The notes under the pieces were generated by a model. It saw only the letters and a list, made by a program, of their open reading frames with translations. It was not told where the DNA came from and did no database searches. From Scyliorhinus canicula (Eukaryota), in NCBI RefSeq assembly GCF_902713615.1, contig NC_052146.1, forward strand, positions 144,377,875-144,441,874: a DNA stretch of 64,000 nt, written 5' to 3'. This document shows positions 61,445 through 64,000 of this stretch, piece after piece (the stretch's first letter is position 1; each line of letters starts with the position of its first letter). The translations under genes and the position numbers were made by a program.

Positions 61445-61823
61445 AACACCTTGGAAAGGGATGGCCCAAACTCACAGTGCTCAGCCAGCCAAGTCGAGTC
61501 AAGAAATCTGTAACTGACTCCCCTGGAATCTGCACGGCAGTGTTAAAACTGTACCATTGCATGATTACAGATGGTTTCGGATTGTAATCGTTGGACACCA
61601 ACTCTACTAACTTGTCAAACAATTTTGGATCCGGAGCAGCTGGGTAGGTGAGGTCTTTGATAATGCCGAAGGGTGGGGCCTTGTAGGCAGTCATTAGGAT
61701 TACCTTCTGTTGGTCTGCTCCAGCGATGGCATTGGCCAGGAAAAAGTACATCATCCGCACTGCGTGCTAACCCCATCTTCCAGGCCTGCATTGAAAGCCT
61801 CTAATTCCCAGACGTGAAGCACA
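61445..61823 (-). pseudogene. gag: N-terminal gag fragment of a different Gypsy family
   Basis: ELEAFNAGLED..YFFLANAI..KVILMTA..IKDLTYPAAP..FDKLVELV..YNPKPSVIMQWYSFNTA.Q.PGESVTDFLTRL. Confidence 0.8.
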
Positions 61824-62183
61824 TTTTAAAGTCAGTTCAATGCGTTGCTGCACAGTAATCCTCCAGAGTGGCTAGAACGTCCAGAATCAGAGTTAAACGG
61901 CGCAATCTAACAGTTGAGTCGCGCCGGGCTCGAATCCACAGCAGCCGGTCAGATTGCGGGAGAGTCTGAAATTGAGAACCGCACTGGGCGGCAATCAGTT
62001 TCCCATCTGACCGGTCCGCTCTCTTTGTGGTGAGATCCGGATCTTACCGCGACATGGTGTAAAATCAATAATCACCAATTAAGATCAATCTCTCCCATTA
62101 ATAGGAAGGATCCCAAATCTGAACGCAAAGAGAAAACACTGGAAAATCTCAGCAGGTCTGGCAGCATCTGTCGGGAAAGAAAA

Positions 62184-62223
62184 GAGCTAATGTTTCGAAT
62201 CCAGATGACCCTTCGTCAGATCT
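62184..62223 (-). ncRNA. Minimal type I hammerhead ribozyme motif in the Penelope pLTR
   Basis: The minus strand reads AGAU CUGACGA A GGGUC AUCUG GAUUC GAAA CAUUA GCUC. Both core boxes flank a 5-bp stem II (two G-U pairs). The stem III palindrome has CG>CA decay. Confidence 0.6.
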
Positions 62224-63547
62224 AAAAGACAGAGAAAGTGGGAAATATTTATACTGCAGAGTGAGAGAATGAAAGATGAGTCAAAACCACAGAAACCAAG
62301 AGAAAGAGTGCTAATGGCAGTCCTCAGAGAGAACAAAAGGTGTGAAAGGCCAAACAGCAGAGAAGCTAACATCAGAGTGTAAACTGTGCCAGATGTAGAT
62401 GTGAGGGGGGGGGGGGAAGTTAAGGAAAGGGGGATAAGACAGGTAGGGGGGTTAAATATATATATAAAGAAAGAGAAGAAAAAAGGAAATGGTAAAAGAC
62501 CGTTAAAATGAAATAGGATGAAAACAAAGGGGTCGAGGTTGGGTAGAGCTAAACATCTGAAGTTGTTGAATTTGATGTTGAGACCGGGAGGCTGCAGCGT
62601 GCCGAACTGGAAGATGAGATGTTGTTCTTCCAGTTTGCGTTGAGCTTCACTGGTACATTGCAGCAGGCCAAGGTCAGACATGTGGGCATGGGAGCAGGGT
62701 CCTGTGTTGAAATGGCAAGCAACGGGATCCTGTATGCACACAAACTGAAGGTTCTCAGCAAAGCGATCACCCAGTCTGCATTTGGTCTCTCCGATATAGA
62801 GGAGACCACATTGGGAGAAGCGAATGCATAGACCAAATTGAAAGAAGTGCAAGTGAAATGCTGCTTCATCTGAAATTAGTGTTTGTGGCCTGGGATGTTA
62901 AGCATGGAGAGGTAAAGGGTAAGGTGTTACAACTTCTGCGATTGCATGGGAAGGTGCCGTGGGTCATGAGAGGGGTGTTGGGTATGGTGGAGGAGTGGAC
63001 TAGATTATCTCGGAGAGAACAGTCTCTACAGAATGCTGACAGAGGGAGTGAAAAGAAGATGTGTTTGGTGGTGGCATCACGCTGGAGTTGGTGAAAATGA
63101 GAGGATGAGAGGATTATGCTTTGCATACGGAGTCTGGTGGGGTGAAATGTGAGAACAAGGGGGACTCTATCCTTGTTCTTGGAGGGAGGGGAGGGAGCGA
63201 GGGTAGTGGTGCGAGAGATGGAACGCACACTGTTGAGGGCCCGTCAACAACTGTGGTGGGAAATCACAGTTGTGGAAGAAGGAACACACTTTCGAAGCCC
63301 CAGTTTGGAAAATGGCGTCATCGGAACAAATGTGACGGAGGCGAAGGAGCTGAGAGAAATGGATGGAGTCCTTACAGGGTGTAGGGTGTGAAGAGCTCTA
63401 GTCAAGATAGCTGTGGGAGTCAGTGGGCTTGTGGTGGATATTAGTAGGTAATCTATTGCCGGAAACTGAGACAGAAAAGTCAAGGAAGGGATGTGTCTGT
63501 GATGGACCAGGTGAAAGTGATGGAGGGGTGGAAACTGAAAGCAAAGT

Positions 63548-63785
63548 TTTTTTTAAATTTTTTTTTTATAAATTTAGATTAGCCAATTATTTTTTTCCAA
63601 TTAAGGGGCAATTTAGCGTGGCCAATCCACCTACTTTGCACATTTTTGGGTTGTGGGGGCGAAACCCACGCAGACACGGGGAGATCGTGCAAACTCCACC
63701 CGGACAGTGACCCAGAGCCGGGATCGAACCTGTGCCCTCAGCGCCGTGAGGCTGTTGTGCTAACCACTAGGCCACCGTGCTGCCC
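63548..63785 (-). mobile_element. Short HE1-related SINE inserted in the Penelope RT
   Basis: Flanked by a duplication of Penelope sequence (AACTGAAAGCAAAGTT at about 63533-63548 and 63787-63802). Confidence 0.9.
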
Positions 63786-64000
63786 TAACTGAAAGCAAAG
63801 TTGATGAATTTTTCCAGGTCTGGACGAAAGCATGAAGCGACACCATAATAGTCTTCAATGTATCGAGTTGTGGGAGGGGACCGGATAGGCCTGGAACAAA
63901 GAATGTTCCACATACCGCATAAAAAGGCAAGCGTAACTAGGACCCATGCGGGTACCCATTGCTGCACCCTGAATCTAACGGCCTTCCATGAACTAACCAG

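Larger units (their letters stand above)
62121..63967 (-). mobile_element. Penelope-like retroelement (RT + GIY-YIG endonuclease), 5'-truncated and decayed
   Basis: Motifs: AMGTRMGPSYACLF, RYIED, RVPLVLTFHP, CNRRSCNT, CGLLYIGETKCRLGDRFAE, RKLEEQHLIF.FGTLQPPGLN. A pLTR-like end lies at 62121-62300. It is inserted in a MITE beginning near 61898. Confidence 0.93.

Overview
Repeat-dominated eukaryotic DNA; the repeat families point to a cartilaginous fish, probably a catshark (inference). The only host coding sequence I can support is one 113-bp minus-strand exon at 33210-33322. It encodes the end of the first CUB domain of a CSMD-family gene, most like CSMD2, so the rest of the window is probably two very large introns. 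These introns hold two decayed Ty3/Gypsy LTR retrotransposons (468-4774 minus, 40817-44233 plus) and several solo LTRs. They also hold CR1/HER1, Rex1, L1 and older CR1/L2-type LINE pieces, a Penelope-like element with a hammerhead-ribozyme motif, about 20 tRNA-derived SINEs and a decayed initiator-tRNA-Met copy. A PIF/Harbinger system is present as a transposase remnant, spliced Myb/SANT partner-gene remnants with a heptad-repeat tail, and many GC-rich MITEs with shared TIRs and subterminal hairpins. There are no prokaryotic features or CRISPR arrays, and most short ORFs in the track are repeat artefacts. I found no clearly new biological system. The best leads are the YLDN reverse-transcriptase active site shared by both Gypsy copies, the Harbinger partner-protein/MITE architecture, the host-sense hammerhead motif, and a solo LTR inserted at the 5' end of a Pol III SINE. 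Family names come from motif recognition, not database searches.
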